Assembly: GCA_043228905.1 (NCBI GenBank)
Contig: JBHGNT010000368.1
Span: forward strand, 1-30,757
Origin: Azolla caroliniana
Taxonomy: Eukaryota > Plantae > Polypodiophyta
Direction of reading: 5' to 3'
DNA length: 30,757 nucleotides
The notes beneath the pieces are model-generated. The model searched no databases, was not told where the DNA came from, and saw nothing but the letters and a program-made list of their open reading frames with translations. Positions 15,441-27,050 of this stretch are shown here, one piece after another. The first letter of the stretch is position 1; each line of letters starts with the position of its first letter. The position numbers and the translations under genes were made by a program.

Positions 15441-16171
15441 TGTTTCGTGCCTTTCTGTTCCGGATCGTTGCGTGAATCGGGTGGGAACCACTGAGGTTTT
15501 TGGACTAGGAGAAAAGAAAATTCTAAGGCAATTAAGAATATGAAATATATTGTAAGAAAGAAAGATATGAAAAACTTGTGAATCCCACGAGTATAGTGTA
15601 TTAATGATTACTCAGATTAAGAGAGAAAAAATAGTTAGCAAATTCGTGAATCCCACGATTATATTATATTAATCCACCCTTGTAAAATAAGCAACAACCC
15701 CCATACATCTTTCTCTCCTCCTTATATAAGGATGGAAGAGGCTAAGCATAGCTTCATGCTTTTTCTAAAGTGTTCATGCACACTAAATGTGCATGAGTTG
15801 CCTTTTTACACTATGCTTTTATTTCCTAAATATAGTGCTCATGCTCACTAGATGTGCACGAGTCATTTTTTATTGGTGTACATTTTTCTTATAAATAAAG
15901 TATTCACGCATTCTAAAAAATGCATGACTTACATTTTAATAAAGGTAGGCATAAATAAAGGTCTTATGTGTATTCAATCTATATTTAGAACACTTAGGAT
16001 AAGTTAGTACAATGGTAAGATTGGGGTTTGTCTATGCGGAGGTATAGGGTTTGAATCCTGCCCTATGCACGTAATAAATATTTTTAATATTTTATTTTAT
16101 TTATTATACATACTTTAAATCGGATATAGTATTTTACATATTTCACGTAGTGTGTGATTCACACTACGACA
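15441..16171 (-). repeat. 5' LTR of Gypsy-A1 (731 bp)
   Basis: Minus strand TGTCGTAG...CACGAAACA followed by PBS; homologous to 1071-1797. Confidence 0.9.
15998..16085 (+). ncRNA. tRNA-like Pol III unit inside the Gypsy-A1 LTR, antisense to the element
   Basis: A box TAGTACAATGG 16005-16015, B box GGTTTGAATCC 16048-16058, TTTTT at 16081-16085. Confidence 0.5.
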
Positions 16172-16172
16172 A

Positions 16173-19100
16173 CAGGAGAAATCTCCCTCCTTCTTCGAGC
16201 TCCAATCAATGCTATTGGTCGAAGAAAACCACGTGCGTACAAGGAACAATGAGTGGGAAGGCCACATGCTCTACATGCACTTGAACGGAGGAAGAGGACG
16301 CGGACGAGCGAGAGACCGATTCGGCCAAGGACAAGACGGACGAGGTTCGACCTACGACAACAACTCCCAATTTCGGCCGCAAAACGGAAGCCAACGAGGA
16401 ACCTTCGCAAGAAGGGGGAGCTTCCACTCCGGCCCGAGCCGTCAAAACGCAACCAAATGTGGATATTGCTGAAAGCTCGGCCACCACAAAGAAGAGTGTT
16501 GAAAGAAGATGCGCGAATCGGCTTCCACAAGTCGACAACTCACGAATTACGCGCACAATTCCGATTACGAAGAGTATAGCGGAATGTACGGGCACAACTC
16601 CGATTACGAAGATCATAGCGGAATGTACGGGCACAACTCCGACTACGAATATTGTGGTGGAATGTATGCACACAACTCCGACCGTGGCGGAATGTTCATG
16701 ATGAAACATAGAGCAAACTCTATGTCGGCCTCTACCTCAACTAGTGCCCTCAATCCGGAGGACGTATGGTTTGTTGAATCCGGAGCCTCAAACCATATGA
16801 CATCCCATAAAGAATGGTTTCTCGAACTTCGAGAGCCGGAGTGACCCGGTTATGTCGAAACTAGAGATGACACTATGCACCCGATTCAGCACATCGGCAA
16901 TGTTCCGTTCGGCGAAAGAGGTATGCAAACATACATTAAAAATGTCTTGCATGTTCCCACCATCACGAAGAATTTGGTCTCGGTCGGCCAAATGGTTGAG
17001 CAAGGGATGCAAGTACGATTCGACCAAGAAGGGTGCTTCATCGAAAAAGAGGGCCGAATCATCGCGCGTGGAAGAAGAGAGGGACAGATGTTCATTCTCG
17101 ATTCACACGAGATGAAATCCACCATGTTCACAAAAAGCACGAAAGCCGACTCTGACATAGAGCTATGGTACAAACAAATCGGCCACATCAATCTCAACAA
17201 ACTCAAAGCAATAAAATCGAAAGGAGTCGTCATCGGACTTCCGACATTCAAAGAGAAGGAGATTGAAGGTGTATGCGAAGCATGCCAATTCGGCAAGCAA
17301 CACCGACACCCATTCCCGAAAGAGCGGAACGTGAGCAAAGGTCTACTCGATGTAGTCCATTCCGACGTATGGGGACCAGCGCAGACGGCTACATTCAGCG
17401 GATGCCAATATTACGTGCTCTTCATCGACGACTTCTCTAGGCACACTTGGATCTACCCGATGCGGCAAAAGAGCGAAGTGTTTGGACACTTCCAAAAATT
17501 GAAGAATGAAGTTGAGAAAGCCACGGGCCGACATGTACGATGTCTCCGATCGGATGGCGGCATGGAGTACTTCTTGGACGATTTCACGGCGTATCTCCGA
17601 AAGGGAGGAATTCGGCGAGAATTCACTTGTCGACACACTTCACAACAAAACAGAGTAGCCGAGCGTAAAAATCGGCACATCCTCGAAGTAGCGCGCGCGG
17701 GCCATGATGAACGACAAGCATATGCCCAAGTCATATTGGGCCGAAGCTACAAATACGGCCGTCTACCTAATGAACCGATGCACAACATCTGGAGTGCACG
17801 AGGCCACTCCGCACGAAAAATACTTCGGAAAGAAGCCGGACTTATCACACACCCGGATATTTGGCGTGATAGCATACGTGCACATACCCGACGAAAAGTG
17901 GCAAAAGGTAGATCCAAAGTCAGAGAAATGTATCCTCGTAGGATACTCACTAAGGGGTACAAGTGCTACAACCCCTCAAGTCGAAAATCTCGAGTAAGTC
18001 GAGACGTCGTTTTTGACGAGTTCACATCCTGGTACGCATCAGAGACAACTTCGACTCCGACTCCGCTCGACCCGGAATCCGCCGAACAAGAGATAGAGGA
18101 TGAAGATCTCCTTACGCACATGTTCAAAGAAAGTCTGATCATGACCCGACTAAGTGGACCACAAGAGCCTTTGAGCGATCAAAGCCTATTACGGCCTAGC
18201 CTGAAGATGGACAAAGGCAAGGCGAAAATGTCGGAATACGAAGACGATCGCTTTGACGACGATGAGTCGACTCACTCCCTCAATAGTGAGTTCGGCGGCT
18301 TCGATGTACCAATCGCAGCTAAGAAAGCCCTCATCTCTGGAAATGAAAAGCTTCGTCGCTCCACCCGTGAAAAGAATCCGGTCAGCCGATTCGGCTACAA
18401 TGACTACATGGCATACCACTATGCCTTTATGATGAAGGTGGCAACAGTACGCGAGCCGGAAACATTTTCCAAAGCAGCCAAGGATCTACGATGGATCGAA
18501 GCCATGAACAAGGAGATGCAGGCACTACGCAAGAACGAGACGTGGGATCTCATTCCCACCTCACCACACAAAAAGGCGATCGGATGTAGATGGATTTACA
18601 AAGTGAAGTACAACGCCGACGGTTCCGTCAACCGCTACAAAGCGCGACTCGTAGCGAAAGGCTACACACAAACGCACGGAGTTGTCTACGAAGAGACTTT
18701 TGCCCCGGTGGCAAAGATGACGATGGTATGGACCATAATTGCGCTTGCCGCGGCGAAAGGGTGGCACCTCCATCAAATGGACGTCAAGACCGCCTTTCTA
18801 CAAGGCGACTTAGAAGAGGAGGTATACATGATACAACCACCCGGCTTCAACTCGATCACCCATCCGAAAGCTGTTTGCCGACTCAAGAAGCCACTATACG
18901 GCCTCAAGCAAGCACCGCATGCTTGGCATTCGAAGATAACGCAATATCTTCATCAAATTGGCTTCAGTATGTCAAAATCGGACAACTCCGCAAGTTCCGC
19001 AAGTTCAATTGTCATCATCTTATATGTGGATGACCTAGTCATTGGAGGTCTACATCTTGTCGAAATCAATAAGGTCAAATCCCTCCTTTCCGACAAGTTC

Positions 19101-20009
19101 GAGATGACAGACATGAAGGAGCTCCACTACTTCCTCGGCGTCGAGGTAATTCGGACTTCGGCCGGAATCATGATCTCTCAACGACAGTACATCCTCAACT
19201 TGTTATACAAGTTTGGTATGGTTGAGTGCAAATCCACAGCAACCACGCTCAATCGCAATCTCAAACTAGATGCGAACTTCGGCACCAAAGCGTGTGACCC
19301 GACTCAGTATTAGCAACTCATCGGGAGTCTCATTTACCTCACGATCACTCAACCCAATCTAAGTTATTCGGTCGGTCTCCTTAGCCAATTCATGTAAGCA
19401 CCGCGTGATACTCACTTGGATTGTGCTAAACGAGCTCTACGATACATGAGCGGCACAATGGATTGCGGCATCCTCTACAAGACCACGATGCCAATATGAC
19501 TCGAGGGGTACATAGACGCCGATTGGGCCGGTTACAAATCCGATAGAAGATCAACCTCCGGATTTGTTTTCTCCCTCGGCAGCGGAGCAATATCCTGAAG
19601 CAGTAAAAAGCAACCAACCGTCGCTCTTTCGAGCACGGAGGCGGAATATAGGGGCGCGACAGTGGCCGCATGTGAAGCCGTATGGCTCAAAAGCATACTC
19701 AAGGATCTGGGCGTACCCATCAAGGATCCGACTTCCCTTTACTGCGACAACATGAGCAGTATCTATCTGGCTCGGAACCTGGTGTTCCACGTGCGGACAA
19801 AGCACATCAAAGTGCACTATCACTTCATCTGAGAGCGCGTTCTAGCTGGCGAGGTCGACCTACAATACATTAGCACAAATTTTCAAACGACCGACATCTT
19901 CACTAAAGCCTTGGGAGGCGACAAGCTATGGCAATTCATGATCGATCTCGGATTGATGATCCCTGACCTGCCAAGCTCGAGGGGGACTACTGAAGACACT
20001 ACGCAATAA
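16173..20009 (+). pseudogene. gag-pol: Copia-B gag-pol with many stops and frameshifts
   Basis: CGYC*KLGHHKEEC, WFVESGASNHM (PR, catalytic D replaced by E), CEACQFGKQHR, VHSDVWGP, LRSDGG, VAERKNRH (INT), KARLVAKGY, QMDVKTAFL, LYGLKQAP, YVDD (RT), DADWAG, STEAEY (RH); frameshifts near 17700 and 17950. Confidence 0.93.
16553..16696 (+). repeat. 39-bp coding tandem repeat between Copia-B gag knuckle and protease
   Basis: Units at 16553, 16592, 16631, partial 16670; HNSDYExxxGMY repeats. Confidence 0.9.
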
Positions 20010-20202
20010 CGCGTGGATTCAGCCAATCTACAGCGCAAAGCCGCAAAGAAAGACGCAAGCTGAAGCACAGACTTCGCAACTACGCACAAAGCAAGCTGGA
20101 GCACGGATTCCACAACTCTGCATAAATGCGAGTCGACGCGGACTCCGGAACGTGAGTCGAAGCGGATTTTGGATACCGTCTGAAACCGACCCGACTTGAG
20201 CT

Positions 20203-20212
20203 GGAGGGGGCG
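20203..20212 (+). other. polypurine tract of Copia-B
   Basis: GGAGGGGGCG directly before TGTTGAGA. Confidence 0.85.
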
Positions 20213-20604
20213 TGTTGAGAATCAAGCTCAACTTGGTCTAGTGTGTGAACTCACCTTGAGAGTGAATAGACACTCCAACAGTCAAGAGTCACCATTATGT
20301 CACCACTTTGTATTCTAGCATTTGGTATGAGTCATAGAATCATATTCTATGACACATAACTTATGAGCTTTCACATTCCCCATGCTCCATGAGTCTTGTA
20401 GTTAATGAAGAGAGAGGGTGACTATATAAAGCACCCTCCTCCCACCTTGTAGAATGTTGTGTCCTTCTCCTTTGTTAATATATTTTTACCTTGCGTATTC
20501 TCTGTGTCTTACTCCTTGTCTCTCTCTCACACACTCTCTCTCTCATACACACACACAATTCATATCTATTCCGCTGCACGGAATCAATCTCTTGATTCTT
20601 TACA
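20213..20604 (+). repeat. 3' LTR of Copia-B (392 bp)
   Basis: TGTTGAGAATCAAG...CTTGATTCTTTACA 14-bp imperfect terminal inverted repeat; CTATATAAAG at about 20422; CT/CA simple repeat 20518-20557. Confidence 0.88.
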
Positions 20605-23475
20605 CCCTCATTATGGTGCGGGCCACCCTATCCTCCATGCTAGTGGGTTCTTTTAACTTTAGTCTTGGACTGAACAACCACCACTTCTTTGCCTTTCAAG
20701 GCCTGCTATTCCTCGGACACCAGAGTTTAGCTCTGTCCCTAAGAAGCAACTTCCACAATTCTGGTCCAGGTTGGAGGCTTCGCACCACGAGCTTATCGAG
20801 TAAAGCCTTACTTTGGTGAATCGGATCCACCATCCCAAGTCTACCTTGATTTTTAGCCTTGATCAAACAACTCCATGCCACTTTAGCTGACGTCGTCTCA
20901 TGGTCTCTACTCGACCATAGGAGCCCTCTCACCATTGCCTTAATATTTTTGATGCAATCTTTATCTAACATCCAACATGCCAACAAGTACCACATGGTGG
21001 CCAACAAAATGTGGTTTACCACAACCACTCTACCTGCAAGGGAAAGCTTTACTGATGCCCATAACCGAAGCTTTTTTCTGACTATCTTTGACTTGCTCAA
21101 GCTGCTGATTTTTCTGAATCTCAACTCCCACCAAAAAGCCCAAATATTTAACAACCCTTCTATTAGGGACCCATTGAAAATCAGCATTAGGGCGCCAAAG
21201 TGGCCATGAGTTTGGACTTACCCAAAATCCTCTACTTTTGTTCCAATTAATTTTCGGACCTGATGCTTTACAAAACTGCTCAATCCATTTTTCAACCTGT
21301 TGTAAATTAGCATCATTTCCTTGTAGATAGAGCATAGTGTCATCTGCATACATGGAGTCCAACAAGTCCTTGCAAGCATGTGGGACAACCAATCCCTGAA
21401 TTCCTGCATCCGGTCTATTTAAAAAGAAAGAGAATGCCTCTGAAATAAATAAATAAAGATAGGGGGCCAACGGGCACCCCTGCATAATGGAATTGATGGG
21501 CCCCGTTGCCCTAACACCAACACCCTACTCAAGCTTCCTTTGTAAAGGGCCAACGTAGCTGATATCCATTTTGAGGGTAGTCCCAACCGCTCCATGACTT
21601 TATCTAAAAAAGGCCATTGTACTCTGTCATATGCCTTCTCGAAGTCAAGCATGAGACATGCAATATGTTGATTGGTTTTCTTTGCTAAGGCAATCGCCTC
21701 CCAAAAGGTCAACACATTATCAATTATACATCTATTTTCCATGAATCCTGTTTGTCCAACATTAATTAGCGCATGCAAGTGGGGTTTGACTCTCTTGGCC
21801 AGAATATTAGCAAAAATCTTATAGATTGTGTTGAGCAATGTAATCGGTCTCCATTGCCTCACATCCGTTACTATACCACGTACCTTAGGAATTAGAAATA
21901 TCAGCCCCTCTTTAAAATGCTCAGGGAGGCACCTAACATCCAATGCTTCATTTAGACCAGACCAGCAACAAGGTCAACCTTAATCACTTCCCAAAAAATT
22001 TCAAAAAAATCTTTTGATAATCCGTCAACGCTTGGACAAGACATGCTACATATACTTGCCAAAGCGTCTGACACCTCCTCTTCCAAGAGAGGCCTTGACA
22101 ACTTAACTTGTGCAACCTCTGAAATTCTTGGTTGCATTCCCTCCAATACATATTCTGCCAGTGACGGCTAGTCTGGGAGACTATTACTATCTAAGAGTAG
22201 CCCACTATAGTGGGTTGTGACTACCTCCATGATCTCTGATACATCCTTTGACAATGAACCATCCTCCTTAATCAACTTAGGATTGTAGCTACTGTTTGTT
22301 CTCGGTTTTTTAAACTTAAAAAATTGTTGGTTCACCTTGTCCCCATTCTTGCTCCACCAAGCTGATGAACTCTTGAATACCATCTTATTTCTAGACACAA
22401 TCAACCGTTGTAGTGTTTCTTTAGCAGCCTCCAGACCTGATCTCGACCATTGACACTTGGGATTTTTCTGAATCATTCTTTGGGTAGCCGCTATCGCTCT
22501 TCTTAATCTCACCTCTCTTTCCTTAGACCTCACAATTCTATTTTTAGTCTCTTCATGTAAATACATTGAAGTTTCAATAATCTTACCTCAAAGATTATCC
22601 AGTGCACCACAACCAGCTAGGTTATTTTCCCATATACTTCTTATCTTCCTTCCCACCTCCACATCCTCAAAAAGTTTACTGCTAATCCTCAAGTTGTAGT
22701 CCATTTTTTTCCTCCTCTGATTGCCCAACGTAATCGTAATCGGCATATGATCAGAGTAAGCTGAACCTACGATGATTTCAACATCGCTGCCATATTTTTC
22801 CAGTTCTGAGCTTATGTATATTCTGTCTATGCGAGACATACAAAAGCCATTTATATTGCAGCCTACTCTTGAGAAGCATAGCGAGCTCCGAGGCTTTTTT
22901 AGTACATACCAAGCATCTTTCACTCTCATTCTGCCCATCAACAAATCCCATGCAACTAACTTTGACCCCTGCACCATCGTATGCATGCCTCCCACCTTGT
23001 CCTCTATGTGCAAATTCATGTTAAAATCCCCTGCGAGGATCCACACATCTGCAATCGGCAAGCCATCGGCCAATTGCCTCCAAAACAAGGCCCCCATCGC
23101 CGTCGTATTGGGCGCGTGCACATTTATTATTCCAATAATACATTGCTGCCATCTGATAGTCACATAGATGGCATGTCCCTCCACTATGGTGCCCTAGCCC
23201 AACACAGTAATATCTGGATTATTCTTGATAGATGTATAGAGACCCCCTTTTCTACTATGCTCACCCTGCCCGGGGGACTAAAAAGTATGCCAATCCCCCG
23301 CAAGAGGATTGCCAATACTCAAGATTCTGTTCGCACTCAAATGGTGCTCTTGCAAGAGCAAAATGTCTGGGATCCCCTTAAAGCTTGGGGATTTGAACTC
23401 TTGGCGGAGGTTCTTCCTCTCCAACATACATTTGCTGCTGCCTAGACCTTGTATGTTCCACGCGATTAATTTCAT
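20605..23475 (-). pseudogene. LINE ORF2 (AP endonuclease + reverse transcriptase), fragmented
   Basis: MKLIAWNIQGL, LLLQEHH, GDFN, SRIDRIY, SDHMP (EN); WRPITLLNTIYKI, LDFEKAYD, QGCPLAPYL, YADD, KYLG (RT); KVAW…GRLG. Confidence 0.92.
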
Positions 23476-25666
23476 GAGATCAATTGTGAAATCTCCCAAG
23501 ACGGACATAGTCCCTCCCTACGAGCCCATGCCCAACCTCCCGCCTTGATCCTCTCCCATACTAAAACAACGTCTTGCCTTGTAGCTTCTTCCATTTCCTC
23601 CTCATGGAAGTGTAACACCTCATCAAGGGAGTCTACCGTCTCCTCTAGGCATAGTAGAAACGGCTTTTTAATGCAAGAATTATTGAAACTCCCACATATC
23701 ATTCCAACATTCAGCCACATCAACATCCAATTATCTCCATTCCAGGTGATATGCAGGCTGTTAAAGTATTTGTGTGCCTTGACTTCTATAGAGTTGGAGA
23801 TCCGTGGCATGTTACTGGTTGTAACCTCTAGGTCTGTTAGATCAAAAGAGACGCCTATAGCCGTCTGCTTGTTTTGTTCAACAACAACTACATAAACCCT
23901 TAGCCCTAGGGCTTCCCCATGAGACAAATCAGTCAGTCTTGTGAGAGCTTGCTGACTAAACCTATATCCCTTGTCCAACATGCCCCTTTCCAATATTTTT
24001 GACCTAACAAATTTGATTGGAACTCTAACATTTGCCTCCTTACTTCCTTGTCCCAACACTTGCAACTTCTGAGTTTCGGGAGTGATGGATGCGCTTTCTT
24101 GACACCTCCCATTACGTAACCAATCTTTCATTTCTCTCAATCCCATACTTCCACTTTTGCCAATGGAGGAAGGGGAGCTCATGGTAGATTCCTGTCTAAG
24201 TGTTGCACTTTTTAACAGGACCTCGGGTGTACATGCTACCACCTCTTCAACAATAGTTTTCCTTGGATCCTGTGCTAGGTCCTCCTCTTCTTGCAACACT
24301 TCAAAACAATTTCTCAAATCTACCTGAGACGCATCCGTGTTTACTTCTCGTTGCAAGCCAATTTTGCGTCCCAAAACACGAGTCCAGCCATTTGCACTAA
24401 TGTTCGCCTTGTCAGCCCCATTGAGGGTACTCGATCTTGTCTCCCTTATCGTCTCTTGCTTAGCCTATTAATCTTCCTTGGACATTCCTTAGCAATGTGG
24501 CCCTTATTTTTACAATAGAAACATTGGCCAGGTAGACCCTCATATTCCACTTCCACATATATCAATCGTGCCTCCACATCATGCACCCTAATTAGAGAGG
24601 GAAGTGTGGACAAACTTTGCACAAGCACCCTAATCTTAGGGGAGTTTCTGATTTTGTCTACCATGGTTGTCTTTGAAGGAAAAATTGTGCCAATCTTCTC
24701 CCCAATATTTTGCATCAAAGGATATAAGTGGCGTGGCAGATTAGGGAATACCATAGATATCACCATGGGATTACCAATTTTCTTAGCCTCATCCATAACA
24801 TTGAATTTAGCATGCCACTCCAACAAAAGAGCTCTTCCATACTTGAGCTCTACACATTTCATATTGATAATTTGCAATACATCACTCCCTTCGATCACTT
24901 CAATGTGGAAGAAATTTTGTCCCATATTATCCACATTCTTTATCTGTGGAACCTTATCCATTAAAGCTACCTATAGCATGTCACGGACCATACCTCTACT
25001 GGGCCTACCACCAAGTAGCTTACAAATGAACGAACACTTCTTTAATGTTTTGATCTCGGCATTTAGGATTGTACTTTCTTCTTCGAACAGAAAAACATCC
25101 AATACCTTAGAAGTCTCCATCATTTTCAGATCCTTATCAAGATTTCCTCTTAGGTGTGCATTATGTGCTTGACCACATTCTTGCAAAAGATTTTCCACTT
25201 GCAATGTGTACTCTGTGGCCTCTCTCTCCACAATAGCTAGCCCTTGAGGCGATCCTCCCCTCTTCTACTCCCTCTTCGTCCATTTGCCATAATGCAAGTT
25301 TGGAATGATCTCCCCCAACCTCTTGCTTCCGGACATCTACTTTCCAAACATCCGATTCTCCCCACATTCGCGAATCCTCACTACCATCAACTGTGAAGAT
25401 GGATGCAGCCGTACTGCTGGAAGGAACCGTAATCACCTCTTCCATCCATCCCTCTTATTTGTCCGATTCACCAATTCCTTACATATCCTACTAGCTCCTC
25501 CATTAATATGTTTCCCTACGTCTTTCCATGCATCACTTGCTTCTGTGTGTTCCAAATTCCCAACCCGTTGCTTCTCCCGACCATTAATCATCCTTTGTAG
25601 TGCCGTAGGTACTTTAATCGATGACATTGATGCATTACTACCCTCGGATGGCTCCTTCGCCAACAT
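23472..25666 (-). pseudogene. LINE ORF1 (RRM/DUF4283-like region, CCHC knuckle, extra C-terminal domain), fragmented
   Basis: FICKLLGGRPS…MGQNFFHIE…LLLEW, EYEGLPGQCFYCKNKGHIAKEC; last segment 24374-23472 ends in an ATGA overlap with ORF2. Confidence 0.8.
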
Positions 25667-26059
25667 GTTCTTTTATAGCCCGCTGCCCTTTGGCTCCCTT
25701 GCCCTCTAATGCTCTACTATTAATCTTACACCCTAATAAAAAAGACATACCTGACATTGTAGGGGTAGGGAAACTTAACGTTGGTGTGGTTCATTCGAGG
25801 CGCTCTGTGCAGCCGTAAACCCCTCCATCGCTTCTTGTGTCGTTGCCCTCTACTACTTCTGCATATCTATCAGTCACCATTTTCTCTTCACACATCACAA
25901 AGGTTATGCAACACCATAGTTCCTCCTTTACATTGGATTACATTGAAATCAAGAACCCATGGTTCTTATAGCTTGGATATATTGTTTGGAAATTAATAGA
26001 TGTGTGTGTGTGAAAGCACACGATTATATTAATTATATGTAGAACCCACTTGTTACAAC

Positions 26060-27050
26060 TTCTTAGTCTTCTTTACCTACCTAATACCTATGTAGAGAGA
26101 GGGATATCCTCTAAAGCTATTAGAAAACTTGAATACGCACTTGTGGAAATGATCCCCACATGCTTAACATCCAAAAATTCCACATGAGAATGCCTTTAAA
26201 TTTTTTCATAGAGACTTTCATCCCATGGCTACCATCAAACATGAAAACAATTGACATATTGCAATTGTATTATAGTACCCAATATCGTAAAAAATGGAAA
26301 AATGATCTCCAACTCGTCATTTTGAACATATTGAGCTGAAATCCATTGTTGAGCCCAAAAATTACGACTTTCCATATGAATACCTTTGCATGAAATGACA
26401 AATGGGGATACCAACCATATGACAATATTTGCCACCACCTTGAATTTAACTTACATACATTCAAAACCTTTCTTGCTTTAGGCGATAGCCAATATAATAA
26501 TGTCATTGCATGGTGATACAATATATTTGTAGTGACCTGTAACACATGTCCCATAATTTCGTGGAAAGATACATGCAATAATGGTAGATTAGACTTGTAA
26601 TTTCTCTCAAATAAATCCATACTTTTGGGGAATATATAACCATTGTTTAATATCTTCAAAATTCGACATCCTTTGAGATTCATTATCAACCATAGTCTAC
26701 AATCCCTAATCCAAATAATGATTGAATTGAGATATGATCTTCTCTTTTCCATGCCAATACAACAATCAAGAAGATATGCACATTTCTTTTTGTAATGAAT
26801 TACAAAGTTCTCGATTACTTGATGGTGTCTACTCAAAAAAAGATAAGGCATCTTGCCATGTCCTTACCAATTGTTGCTAACATATATAATGTTGATTCTT
26901 TAGATGAATACATCCATTGAGCAATGACCATCACGATGCTTGAATCTTAGTTTTGCCATGCACCAACCCTTCATGCCCAATAAAATATTCCATTGTAGAT
27001 ATCCATGGTTGATATTGTTGATAAATATCTCATAATAATGCAAATCTACA
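26060..27050 (-). mobile_element. highly degraded LINE ORF2 3' relic (zf-RVT-like region); boundaries approximate
   Basis: RWWQILSYGW…HAKVFIWKVVIFGL resembles the W..lW…k.k.F.W motif preceding the LINE C-terminal zinc finger. Confidence 0.5.

Larger units (their letters stand above)
3132..16171 (-). mobile_element. Ty3/Gypsy element Gypsy-A1 (5' LTR, tRNA-Trp PBS, gag, partial protease and RT); degenerate, split by Gypsy-B, truncated by Copia-A
   Basis: LTR 16171-15441, PBS 15438-15421, gag ATG 15419; removing 4219-14347 and one GCACT copy rejoins gag (…SFWPEVL/EISKKADHDEIQ…). Confidence 0.88.
16172..20604 (+). mobile_element. Ty1/Copia element Copia-B (gag 3' half to 3' LTR), inserted in LINE ORF2 and interrupted by Gypsy-A1
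   Basis: gag knuckle, PR, INT, RT, RH order; PPT and LTR; LINE coding sequence abuts 20605. Confidence 0.92.
20605..25820 (-). mobile_element. L1-clade LINE, degenerate, 3' part displaced by Copia-B; 5' boundary approximate
   Basis: ORF1 with zinc knuckle followed by ORF2 with APE endonuclease and non-LTR RT. Confidence 0.88.

Noticed and set aside
15998-16070. Functional tRNA gene
   Set aside because: Acceptor, D and anticodon stems do not pair properly; only promoter boxes and spacing are retained
1071-16171. The two homologous ~730-bp sequences in inverted orientation as ends of one TIR or DIRS-like element
   Set aside because: They are clearly diverged, one follows a PPT and the other precedes a PBS, and each interrupts a different host element: two separate insertions
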